The position numbers and the translations under genes are program-made. From an uncultured Gammaproteobacteria bacterium (lineage in GTDB: Bacteria > Patescibacteriota > Microgenomatia > Levybacterales > UBA12049): a DNA stretch of 64,000 nt. Shown piece by piece: positions 18,783 through 26,624 of this stretch. The notes beneath the pieces are model-generated. The model did not search any database and was not told where the DNA came from. It was given only the letters and a program-made list of their open reading frames with translations. Each line of letters begins with the position of its first letter. The stretch's first letter is position 1. Location of the stretch: positions 693 through 64,692 of the forward strand of contig CAZLSZ010000003.1 of the NCBI GenBank assembly GCA_964562445.1, given 5' to 3'.

Positions 18783-18915
18783 TATTTATCCTGTAGTAAT
18801 GAGATTTTTCATTTAGAAAAAAAGATTATAGTACATAATAATAATAAATGCAAGGAGATGTATGAATCATGTAATAGAGAGAATATTTAATAATTTTACA
18901 TGAGTATGTGAATGG

Positions 18916-18955
18916 ATAATATGGTATATTAATTTAAATTAATATACCATATTAT
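18916..18955. promoter_or_regulatory. 40-nt perfect palindrome ATAATATGGTATATTAATTT|AAATTAATATACCATATTAT in the divergent promoter region upstream of the HMA gene; putative operator
   Basis: Exact reverse-complement symmetry read directly from the sequence. Ends 21 nt upstream of the 18976 start codon. Confidence 0.45.
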
Positions 18956-18975
18956 AATAACGTTGATAGAGGAAT

Positions 18976-19191
18976 ATGATTACAAAAAAATTCAAAATAG
19001 ATGGGATGCATTGTTCTTCGTGCTCTTTGGATATTGATTTTGATCTGGAGGAGCTTGATGGTGTGATATCCGCGAAAACAAGTTATGCTAGACAGAAAAG
19101 CGAAGTGACATTTGATCCGTCCAAAGTTTCGGAGAAAGAGATCATTTCCGTTGTGAAGAAAAAAGGCTACACGATGTCGGTGGTGGAGTGA
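18976..19191 (+). CDS. copZ: Heavy-metal-associated (HMA) domain metallochaperone, CopZ-like
   Basis: GMHCSSCS (MxCxxC) metal-binding motif in a 71-aa ferredoxin-like fold. Confidence 0.7.
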   Translation: MITKKFKIDGMHCSSCSLDIDFDLEELDGVISAKTSYARQKSEVTFDPSKVSEKEIISVVKKKGYTMSVVE

Positions 19192-19199
19192 TACTAGAT

Positions 19200-19589
19200 T
19201 TAGTTATATATTGAGTTCTTTTGTAACAGAGCAGCAATATTATTAATATTCATTTTTTCTGTCGATATGGAGAGAGCAAGTTTCACGACGTCTTTTTGTT
19301 GCATATTGAGACTGATACTATTTATTTCTAAGAAAACATATCCGGCTACGATACCTGTCCTTTTATTACCATCAATAAAAGGATGATTACGGATGAGTAA
19401 ATGTATGAGAGCGGCCGCTTTCTCGAAAAGGTCTACATACAGTTCATTACCATTAAAAGTCGATTGAGGACGGAGAATTGCGGATTCCAGAAGAGAGAGA
19501 GTCCGAATGCCTGATTTTCCTTCATATCGTATTATTTGATCTTCATGAATTACTAATAATTGTTCAAGTGTTATGTAGGTAGTACTCAC
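19200..19589 (-). CDS. doc: Doc/Fic-family toxin (death-on-curing)
   Basis: HPFIDGNKRTG matches the Fic/Doc core HPFx[DE]GN[GK]R. Confidence 0.8.
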   Translation of the reverse strand: MSTTYITLEQLLVIHEDQIIRYEGKSGIRTLSLLESAILRPQSTFNGNELYVDLFEKAAALIHLLIRNHPFIDGNKRTGIVAGYVFLEINSISLNMQQKDVVKLALSISTEKMNINNIAALLQKNSIYN

Positions 19590-19591
19590 AA

Positions 19592-19840
19592 TTATTTATC
19601 TGCCAATTCTTTCAGTGCGGTATTATATTGGGTATTCACTTTCTCCAGTACTGTCAAGAAATGGTTATCGATTGATGTATTTTTTGTTTTCCCCTCTGCT
19701 TTTACGATAGTAAGGGATTGGTTTGTGATATCTTTTTGTAATTCAACCTCATTCCCCGTCTGCAGCCCGAGCTGATCGAGAACAGATTTCGGAATAATGA
19801 TGCCCGTTGAATTGCCGATTTGTATTATTTTTTGTTGCAT
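19592..19840 (-). CDS. AbrB/MazE/SpoVT-type (swapped-hairpin) antitoxin, the Phd-equivalent partner of Doc
   Basis: IQIGNSTGIIIPKSVLDQLGLQTGNEVEL is typical of AbrB-fold antitoxins. Lies immediately upstream of the toxin with a 2-nt gap. Confidence 0.65.
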   Translation of the reverse strand: MQQKIIQIGNSTGIIIPKSVLDQLGLQTGNEVELQKDITNQSLTIVKAEGKTKNTSIDNHFLTVLEKVNTQYNTALKELADK

Positions 19841-20032
19841 AGTTATAACATGTTATAACTATGCATGTCCTTTTTCAAGTGTCATAAAAAATGAAACGTG
19901 GTTAGCATGTTCAGCTTGCTTACTGATTTGCCGCCGGATGCATATACGCACTTTGAAAAAATATATTTTTTCTCCTATCTTTTTTTATATAAGTATGATA
20001 ACCTAATCAAGTTTAGATAAGTTTGATAAATT

Positions 20033-22090
20033 TTGATCATGAAACTTGAAAAACCCAAACTGCTTAATATCCAACAATCAGCGTCTTTTTTGGGGGTAAG
20101 TTCAAGTACTGTACGAAGATGGGCATACGCGAACCAATTAACAGGAGTAAAAATAGGGACGAGAGGAGATTGGCGATTTACTGAAGAAGAACTCACCAAA
20201 ATGATGCATCCACAAAAAGATACATTTTCATTAGTACAAAAACTGCTTACAGAATATGCAAGTCAGCTTCAAAAGAGTTCTTCTCAGATGCGTAATCAGT
20301 TGATTGGATCGGATGAAAACTCCGAGAATGCAAAAAAACGTAGGCCTGATTATAGAGAGGTAGTGACATTATTAGCAGATAATTTGGAAGATGTTGATAA
20401 AGGGAAATTGTTATTCACTGCATTAGGAGAAAAATTAGCAAAAAAAGCGCATCATGATGGTTTATCTTTGGAAGAGGCTGTAGATGGGATCATTTTCTTA
20501 AAGCAAGCGATTTGGGATAAATTTAATCAGAAAGGAGTACTCGATAAGTTTACGACACATGAGTTTTATAACGTAAATAGGATTATCAGCACGTATACAG
20601 ATATTCTTGCCGCAAAAATTGCTTTTTCCTACCATGATAGGTATAAAAAAATTGAAAAAGACCTTTTTCAATTGGCAGCAATTGTAGATTCATCAGATGA
20701 CGCGATTATCAGTAAGACACTCGATGGTGAGATAATCAGCTGGAATAAAGGGGCAGAGAATTTATACGGTTATACAGCAGAGGAGGTAATAGGTAAATCC
20801 ATTACTATTATTATTCCGAAGGAATTACAAAAAGAAGAGAAAAAAATCATAAACAAAATTAAAAGGGGACAACCCATTGAGCATTTTGAAACAGAACGTC
20901 TGAGAAAAGACGGAAGCAAGGCAATTATTTCGCTGAGTGTTTCTCCTATAAAAAATCATCACGGTAAAATTATCGGTGCATCCAAAATTGCGCGTGATAT
21001 CGCCAAACAAAAACAAGCTGAAGAATCATTACGGTATCATGCAAAGCTTATCGAAATTGTTTCTGACGCAATTATTTCAACGGATTTGGATACAAAGATT
21101 CAGACATGGAATAAAGCAGCTGAGACGATGTATGGATATCCGGACAAAGAGGTTCTAGGTAAAAAAACGATAGATATTATAGCTACAGAATATAATAATA
21201 TCAGCCGAGAAAACGTATTACATACATTAAATACTAAAGGTGTTTGGAAGGGGGAAGTAAAGCAAATCACCAAATATGGTGAAATACGGTATGTCTTGAA
21301 TTCATCATCATTGGTCAAAGATAGTGCGGGTAAGAGCATAGGGTACGTCGCCGTTAATCGGGACATTAGTGAACGCAAGAAATTGGAACAGAGAAAAGAT
21401 GACTTTGTGGCACTCGCATCACATGAATTAAAAACGCCTGTTACATCACTGAAAATATATGCTCAAGTTTTGCTCAATCGATTTGAAAAATCAGGAGACA
21501 GGCACATGATAAAATATCTTGCCAACATGAATAATCAACTCACCAAGCTAACTGATCTCGTTACAAGTTTGTTGGATGTTTCCCGAGTGCAGCAAGGGAA
21601 ATTACAATATAGGAAAGAGAAATTTACCATAGATGATTTGGTGCAGGAAACTATCGAAAACATTCAACGTATTACCACAACTCATGAAATTTTATCAGAC
21701 GGAAAAATAGGAAAGAATGTCATTGCGGATCGGGAACGTATCGGGCAGGTACTTACCAATCTGATTACCAACGCAATTAAATATTCAGCTCAGTCGAATA
21801 AAGTTATAGTTACCTCATCAAAAGATACAAAAAACGTAACGATATGTGTGCAGGATTTTGGGAAGGGAGTGCCTCGTGACCAGCAGAAAAAAATATTTGA
21901 GCGTTTTTATCAGGCCAGTGATCCTGAAATTAAAACATATCCTGGGCTGGGGCTGGGACTCTATATCTCCAAAGAAATTATCGAGCGTCATGGTGGCACG
22001 ATATCTCTAATAAGTGATCAAAAACAAAAAGGATCGACTTTTTGTTTTACTCTGCCTCTCCGCGGTAGAACACGAAAAACAAACACGTAA
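20033..22090 (+). CDS. Sensor histidine kinase with N-terminal HTH (excisionase/MerR-like HTH_17) DNA-binding domain, two PAS domains, HisKA and HATPase_c
   Basis: LNIQQSASFLGVSSSTVRRWAYANQL (HTH). Two PAS blocks (DAIISKTLDGEIISWNKGAENLYGYTAEEVIG and DAIISTDLDTKIQTWNKAAETMYGYPDKEVLG). H-box ALASHELKTP. N, G1 and G2 boxes (LTNLITNAIKYS, QDFGKGV, GLGLGL). No response regulator nearby. Confidence 0.8.
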   Translation: MIMKLEKPKLLNIQQSASFLGVSSSTVRRWAYANQLTGVKIGTRGDWRFTEEELTKMMHPQKDTFSLVQKLLTEYASQLQKSSSQMRNQLIGSDENSENAKKRRPDYREVVTLLADNLEDVDKGKLLFTALGEKLAKKAHHDGLSLEEAVDGIIFLKQAIWDKFNQKGVLDKFTTHEFYNVNRIISTYTDILAAKIAFSYHDRYKKIEKDLFQLAAIVDSSDDAIISKTLDGEIISWNKGAENLYGYTAEEVIGKSITIIIPKELQKEEKKIINKIKRGQPIEHFETERLRKDGSKAIISLSVSPIKNHHGKIIGASKIARDIAKQKQAEESLRYHAKLIEIVSDAIISTDLDTKIQTWNKAAETMYGYPDKEVLGKKTIDIIATEYNNISRENVLHTLNTKGVWKGEVKQITKYGEIRYVLNSSSLVKDSAGKSIGYVAVNRDISERKKLEQRKDDFVALASHELKTPVTSLKIYAQVLLNRFEKSGDRHMIKYLANMNNQLTKLTDLVTSLLDVSRVQQGKLQYRKEKFTIDDLVQETIENIQRITTTHEILSDGKIGKNVIADRERIGQVLTNLITNAIKYSAQSNKVIVTSSKDTKNVTICVQDFGKGVPRDQQKKIFERFYQASDPEIKTYPGLGLGLYISKEIIERHGGTISLISDQKQKGSTFCFTLPLRGRTRKTNT

Positions 22091-22158
22091 TAATAATTTA
22101 TTTTAGTTCAGCTTGCTTACGTACTTGCGACCGGATGTTTATACGTATCTTATAAAGA

Positions 22159-22494
22159 GTGTATAGAATTGGTATTATAAAGAATTTTATAAAAGGACAA
22201 AAGAAAGGAGGTGATAATATGCAAAATGATGATAAAAAATATTCTGAAATAGATCCTGGAATACAAAAGGATGAAGGTTCCAAAGGCGGTAAGTCTCAGG
22301 GACAACAGGATGATTCAGGAAAGTTTCAAAATGATCCATACCAAGAGCGTGAATCCGGCCAAAAAGGCGGAAAGGCATCACAAACGGGTGGACAAAGTCA
22401 TCAGCTCACGGAGGAGGACCGAAGGAAAGGAGGCTCACAGAGTGGAGGGAATTTCCAAAATGATCCTTATAAAAAGAGCGATACGGAAGAGTAA
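22159..22494 (+). CDS. KGG-repeat general stress protein (YciG-like)
   Basis: Repeated KGGKSQG and KGGKASQTGGQ blocks and FQNDPYK repeats. Low-complexity hydrophilic 111-aa protein. Confidence 0.5.
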   Translation: MYRIGIIKNFIKGQKKGGDNMQNDDKKYSEIDPGIQKDEGSKGGKSQGQQDDSGKFQNDPYQERESGQKGGKASQTGGQSHQLTEEDRRKGGSQSGGNFQNDPYKKSDTEE

Positions 22495-22520
22495 AATGTA
22501 TCTTCCTCAATCTACCGATA
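22471..22520. repeat. Copy 1 of a ~50-bp direct repeat that includes the 3' end and stop codon of the KGG gene
   Basis: AAAAAGAGCGATACGGAAGAGTAAAATGTATCTTCCTCAATCTACCGATA versus 23362..23411, about 4 mismatches. Confidence 0.7.
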
Positions 22521-22569
22521 CGTTTACGTTCTTTAACGCAAGCATATCGGTAGAAGAATTTATTAAAAA

Positions 22570-23169
22570 TTATTCATCATCGACAAAATTATCTGTAATT
22601 GTAATTTCTACATCTTTTGTTGTAAAGGCTTTTTGAATCAAACGTAAATTTCTATGAGGAGTGGGGATATTGGATAGAGAAAGCCATTCATTTGTTGTTT
22701 GCCGATACAGATTAATTGTTCCGAAATGAAACACTCTACCAATCACTCCTTGCGTTAGGTTAATTTTAGAAATCTGAGTACATTTAAATTCCCGTTCTTT
22801 TCTGGAAAAGAAGCCTGACTTATAAATTATTTTTCCAGGCCTTATTTCATAGTAATTATCCAACCATTGTTTGACAATTACGATCATAAAAACCATTTTT
22901 ATCAGTATAAGACCGTTATTTGCGATTGTAGCGACCGTATTAAGAGTCGTAGCGACATTGGTAGAAAAAGTAAAAAGTACGAGAGGTAGTCTGAGCACAA
23001 TACCGATAATTAAGAACATAATCTCCAGCGCAGCAAGGTATAATGCCAGGATAACGCCACTGCGGCGAATTGTTAGATGCGATATAAATACCTTATTTCG
23101 TTGATTATTTTGTTTGCTGTTAAAAATGTCGATTCTTTGTGTCATGCTGGTATGTTGCGGCAAGGACAC
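22570..23169 (-). CDS. Bacterial PH-domain (bPH_2/YdbS-like) membrane protein
   Basis: Two N-terminal TM helices followed by RPGKIIYKSGFFSRKEREFKCTQISKINLTQGVIGRVFHFGTINL, typical of bPH_2/DUF304. Confidence 0.5.
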   Translation of the reverse strand: MSLPQHTSMTQRIDIFNSKQNNQRNKVFISHLTIRRSGVILALYLAALEIMFLIIGIVLRLPLVLFTFSTNVATTLNTVATIANNGLILIKMVFMIVIVKQWLDNYYEIRPGKIIYKSGFFSRKEREFKCTQISKINLTQGVIGRVFHFGTINLYRQTTNEWLSLSNIPTPHRNLRLIQKAFTTKDVEITITDNFVDDE

Positions 23170-23361
23170 TGTTAGGCTAGTCTCGATGCGTAGGCAATAT
23201 AATAATCTCTTCTTTATATCTTTTACTTCATGGTAGCAACAATATGATAATTGTCAAGTTAGTTCCTCGAGTGACAGTACTCCATATAATACACACCTAG
23301 TCTAATCCATGAGATAATGCATGTTTCCTTTAAACTATTTGTGCATTATACCTGTAATTAC

Positions 23362-23411
23362 AAAAAGAGCGATCCGGAAGAGTAAAATGTATCTTCCTCA
23401 ATTTACCGGTA
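23362..23411. repeat. Copy 2 of the ~50-bp direct repeat (a displaced duplicate of the KGG gene 3' end)
   Basis: CAAAAAGAGCGATCCGGAAGAGTAAAATGTATCTTCCTCAATTTACCGGTA, in a non-coding context. Confidence 0.7.
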
Positions 23412-23478
23412 AGTTGGTTAATGAGTACTAACTTATCGATAGAAACGTGTTTGAAATAGCGCTTGAAAATGAGATAAA

Positions 23479-24375
23479 TTATTCCACAAACCGCTCAATG
23501 TTTTTGAGAGAAGGGATTGAGAAGAGTACGTATGCTAATTTATCTGATTGGAAGTTATTTCCTGCAGCAAGAGAAATTGATTTGTTATTTTTCCATATAT
23601 ACTTACCCGAAATATCGCATGTCTCGTGGATATGCCCATGCATAGTAAGCATAGGATTGTGGTCTTCAATAAATTTTCGAATAGCTCTGCTGCCTATATG
23701 AATCTCTCCGTTTTTTATATTGGGATTTTCTTTAAATGTCATATCCAGAGGAGTATTGTAGGGCGCATCATGGAAAAGATATAACGTTTTGACAGGATCA
23801 CTTCGTTGTATGAGTTGGTTAAGATCCTCCGTTATCGTTCCGTAGATATTATTGTTTATATCGAATGTAATGGGAAGATGTTTTCCTTCATGCGAAGTAT
23901 ATCCATCAACTCTACAACCTTTATTATCCGGTATCGAAAAATTATCTTCTAGTTTTTCCCAATCTTTTTGCAAAAATGGAGTAAGAGAAACATACGGATA
24001 ACCTGCAACAGATAAACTGTCATTGTCTCCTAGCGGAACAACAGCTGTCTTAAGAAATGTAATTTTCGGATGATTGAGAGTTTGGAATAAATGATAATTG
24101 CTTTTGAAATCATCATTTCCGGATATAGCATAAATATATGTATATTTGCTCAGGTCATGAAGATAGGGGATAAAAAATTCAGTAATAAATTTTTTCTGCA
24201 TCTCAATTGTTCTTATTTTGTTCTCTGGACTCCATAATCCTCCTGTTTTGGGAAGGTTGTCTCCGCAAAGAAAAACATAGGAAATTTTTTTAGCGATAAC
24301 TATTTGTTTGAGTTTATTATATTGGATGATATTTCCATGGACATCAGAAGTAAGAAGACACAGTGAATTTTTCAT
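23479..24375 (-). CDS. Calcineurin-like metallophosphoesterase (cassette copy 2, second gene)
   Basis: Same motif set as 16873..17769 (DVHGN, GDNLPK, GNDD, HDAP, HGHIHE); 298 aa in both copies. Confidence 0.75.
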   Translation of the reverse strand: MKNSLCLLTSDVHGNIIQYNKLKQIVIAKKISYVFLCGDNLPKTGGLWSPENKIRTIEMQKKFITEFFIPYLHDLSKYTYIYAISGNDDFKSNYHLFQTLNHPKITFLKTAVVPLGDNDSLSVAGYPYVSLTPFLQKDWEKLEDNFSIPDNKGCRVDGYTSHEGKHLPITFDINNNIYGTITEDLNQLIQRSDPVKTLYLFHDAPYNTPLDMTFKENPNIKNGEIHIGSRAIRKFIEDHNPMLTMHGHIHETCDISGKYIWKNNKSISLAAGNNFQSDKLAYVLFSIPSLKNIERFVE

Positions 24376-25343
24376 ACTATATTATTATATAGATGTTTAA
24401 GTCTATTTCCTACTTTTTCAACAAAAAAATGTGAAGAATTATTTTTTTGTTTTCTTCGCATACGCAATTCTTCACGAGCATATACTGCCGAAGAGTAGAT
24501 AGTGATAGGATCGTTGTGGATATACTTTTCTATAGCTCCCAAAGTCCTGATAATAGGATTTTCAATAAATACTTTTTTTTGAAAAGCTATCATATCCGTT
24601 TTTAACGGCGTATCTTCCGTCATCTTATTTAATTCTATACCGAAAAGTATTACTTCCTCAGGTAGATCAGCAGTATAATCAATGGTATCACCGTCAGGTT
24701 GTATCGATGCAATTGGTGTAACAGGAAATTGTATTTCAGAGTGGGTAATGGGTGCAGCTGTAGTATCAGACATTTTATAAATTCCTACTTGGGGTGTGTA
24801 TGTCAAAACGCCGTTTGCGCTATGCTTCTGAGGGCATGTCATTTCTACTATATGAATAGTATTGGATTTATCGACACCACTCATTATATATGACGTATTT
24901 TCTGTTGATTTTTTATGTTTATTACTTCGGTATTCTAATCCAAAAGGTTTTTCTGGATATGTCCCTCTATAGTGAGGGTTTTGTAGGTGATAGCTAAGTT
25001 TTGTCCCATTTTCTGCATTTGTGAAAAAGGATATATAATCGATTTCATTTTTTTCATCAATAATCCCTATATGGTTCTTTATTATCTCGTGAGGTATGTG
25101 TTTACGATTGCCGATGATTGTAAAATCAATATCAGATGCCTCATCTAATCGTTCGGATCGTATGCCGCTCCCATGCATAAATATCGCAAATCCTTTTTTT
25201 TCGAATTCTTTGAGGATAGTTGTATCAGCGTCTGAAATCCCATATTTTTTTATCAACGATCGTGGTGATAACGACTGTGCTGACGTTTCAGGGGCAACGT
25301 GTTGAACTGGATACTCTTGTGTTGACATAGGGTATAGAAACAC
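24372..25343 (-). CDS. Pol-beta-type minimal nucleotidyltransferase-domain protein (cassette copy 2, first gene)
   Basis: FMHGSGIRSERLDEASDIDFTIIG NTase signature. About 50% identical to the 17823..18782 product along its whole length. 4-nt overlap (ATGA) with the downstream phosphoesterase gene. Confidence 0.5.
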   Translation of the reverse strand: MFLYPMSTQEYPVQHVAPETSAQSLSPRSLIKKYGISDADTTILKEFEKKGFAIFMHGSGIRSERLDEASDIDFTIIGNRKHIPHEIIKNHIGIIDEKNEIDYISFFTNAENGTKLSYHLQNPHYRGTYPEKPFGLEYRSNKHKKSTENTSYIMSGVDKSNTIHIVEMTCPQKHSANGVLTYTPQVGIYKMSDTTAAPITHSEIQFPVTPIASIQPDGDTIDYTADLPEEVILFGIELNKMTEDTPLKTDMIAFQKKVFIENPIIRTLGAIEKYIHNDPITIYSSAVYAREELRMRRKQKNNSSHFFVEKVGNRLKHLYNNIV

Positions 25344-25435
25344 TGATTTTTACTAAATAAAAAGTACACAAGTATAATAAAAATATACATCAAAATCAAG
25401 TACATTCTCATTTCAGCACATGATATAATCACATC

Positions 25436-26590
25436 ATGAATCTATCGGTCGGAATTGTGGGGTTGCCGAACGTCGGTAAAAGCACCCTCTTTAATGCACT
25501 TTTAAAAAAACAGGCTGCGTTAGCGGCAAATTATCCCTTTGCGACTATCGAACCCAATGTCGGGGCTGTGCCGGTGCCGGATTATCGTCTGGAGAAGCTG
25601 GCGGAGGTAACGGCTAATGAGATTGCCACTCCTGCTTTGCAGGATCGCAATGACAAGTCCCTTTGGCCGCCGATAAAACCCGCCATTATTGAATTTGTTG
25701 ATATAGCGGGACTGGTCAAAGGAGCATCCGAAGGAGCAGGGCTTGGCAATAAATTTCTCTCCCACATCCGAGAAGTAAAAATAATTGCGCATGTGGTGCG
25801 CGGATTTACTGATGATGATGTCGTGCGGGAGGGGAGTACTGATCCGAAATCCGATTATGAAGTTATCCAAACAGAGCTGATTATGGCAGACTTGCAGACA
25901 GTGGAAAAACAGCGGGAAAGTAAAGCCGTCAAAACTAATGCCGTCAAAAAGTCAGCTGTTGATAAATTGTATCGGGGACTGAATGAAGGGAAAGCCGCAA
26001 GAGATATCCAAATGACGGAAGAAGAGAGGGCATCGGTACTGGATTTGTTTCTCCTCTCCCAGAAACCTGAAATAATTGTCCTCAATGTGGATGAAAATGA
26101 TTATAATCCAGAAGGAATTGCGGAAGTGACGAAAAAGTATGAAGAGTTATTAGGGATTGATTCTCCTGTTTTGCAGGATCGCAATGACAATAGAATAGTT
26201 GTTATTTGTGCCAAGATTGAGGCAGAACTTGCCTCCCTCTCCGATGAAGAACAGAAAGAGTATCTCGCTGATCTCGGTTTGGAAGCATCCGGACTCGAAA
26301 GACTCATCCAAAAAGCGTATACAGAACTCGGTTTAATTTCATTTCTCACGGCAGGGGAGAAGGAAGTCAAAGCATGGACTATTAAAAAAGGCATCAATGC
26401 TCAAGAGGCATCAGGAACGATTCATAATGATTTTGTAAAGAAGTTTATCAAGGCAGAAGTTATCTCTTTTGATGACTATATCGCTATAGGAGGCCGCAAA
26501 AAAGCCCGTGAAGTAGGGAAAGCGCGTATGGAAGGGCGGGATTATATCGTCCAAGACGGCGATGTGATTGAGTTTAAGATAGGAAGTTAA
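25436..26590 (+). CDS. ychF: Ribosome-binding ATPase YchF (Obg-family GTPase)
   Basis: [18 protein letters not shown]-loop, [18 protein letters not shown], and the C-terminal TGS domain DGDVIEFK. Carries two extra in-frame segments relative to canonical YchF (see repeats below). Confidence 0.85.
   Translation: MNLSVGIVGLPNVGKSTLFNALLKKQAALAANYPFATIEPNVGAVPVPDYRLEKLAEVTANEIATPALQDRNDKSLWPPIKPAIIEFVDIAGLVKGASEGAGLGNKFLSHIREVKIIAHVVRGFTDDDVVREGSTDPKSDYEVIQTELIMADLQTVEKQRESKAVKTNAVKKSAVDKLYRGLNEGKAARDIQMTEEERASVLDLFLLSQKPEIIVLNVDENDYNPEGIAEVTKKYEELLGIDSPVLQDRNDNRIVVICAKIEAELASLSDEEQKEYLADLGLEASGLERLIQKAYTELGLISFLTAGEKEVKAWTIKKGINAQEASGTIHNDFVKKFIKAEVISFDDYIAIGGRKKAREVGKARMEGRDYIVQDGDVIEFKIGS
25619..25654. 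repeat. REP-like unit GAGATTGCCACTCC-TGCTTTGCAGGA-TCGCAATGAC lying in frame inside ychF
   Basis: Same architecture as the intergenic units at 49161..49197 and 58203..58241. Encodes [14 protein letters not shown] within a loop region of YchF. Confidence 0.65.
26155..26188. repeat. Second REP-like unit (GATTGATTC-TCCTGTTTTGCAGGA-TCGCAATGAC) in frame inside ychF
   Basis: The 25-nt TCCTGTTTTGCAGGATCGCAATGAC is an exact reverse-complement match to intergenic 33460..33484. Encodes [10 protein letters not shown]. Confidence 0.65.
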
Positions 26591-26624
26591 CTGTGTATAT
26601 TTTTTTATGATATAATACCGTATT

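Noticed and set aside
22271-22636. 121-aa ORF overlapping the KGG stress gene in another frame
   Set aside because: It is an alternative frame of 22159..22494. The KGG-repeat frame has the recognisable repeat structure and a start with upstream AGGAGG (22206..22211).
16873-25343. Interpretation of the island as a prophage or integrative element
   Set aside because: No integrase, recombinase, terminase, capsid or tRNA-adjacent att duplication was found. Only TA modules and a short direct repeat are present, so it is described as an accessory or duplicated region rather than a mobile element.
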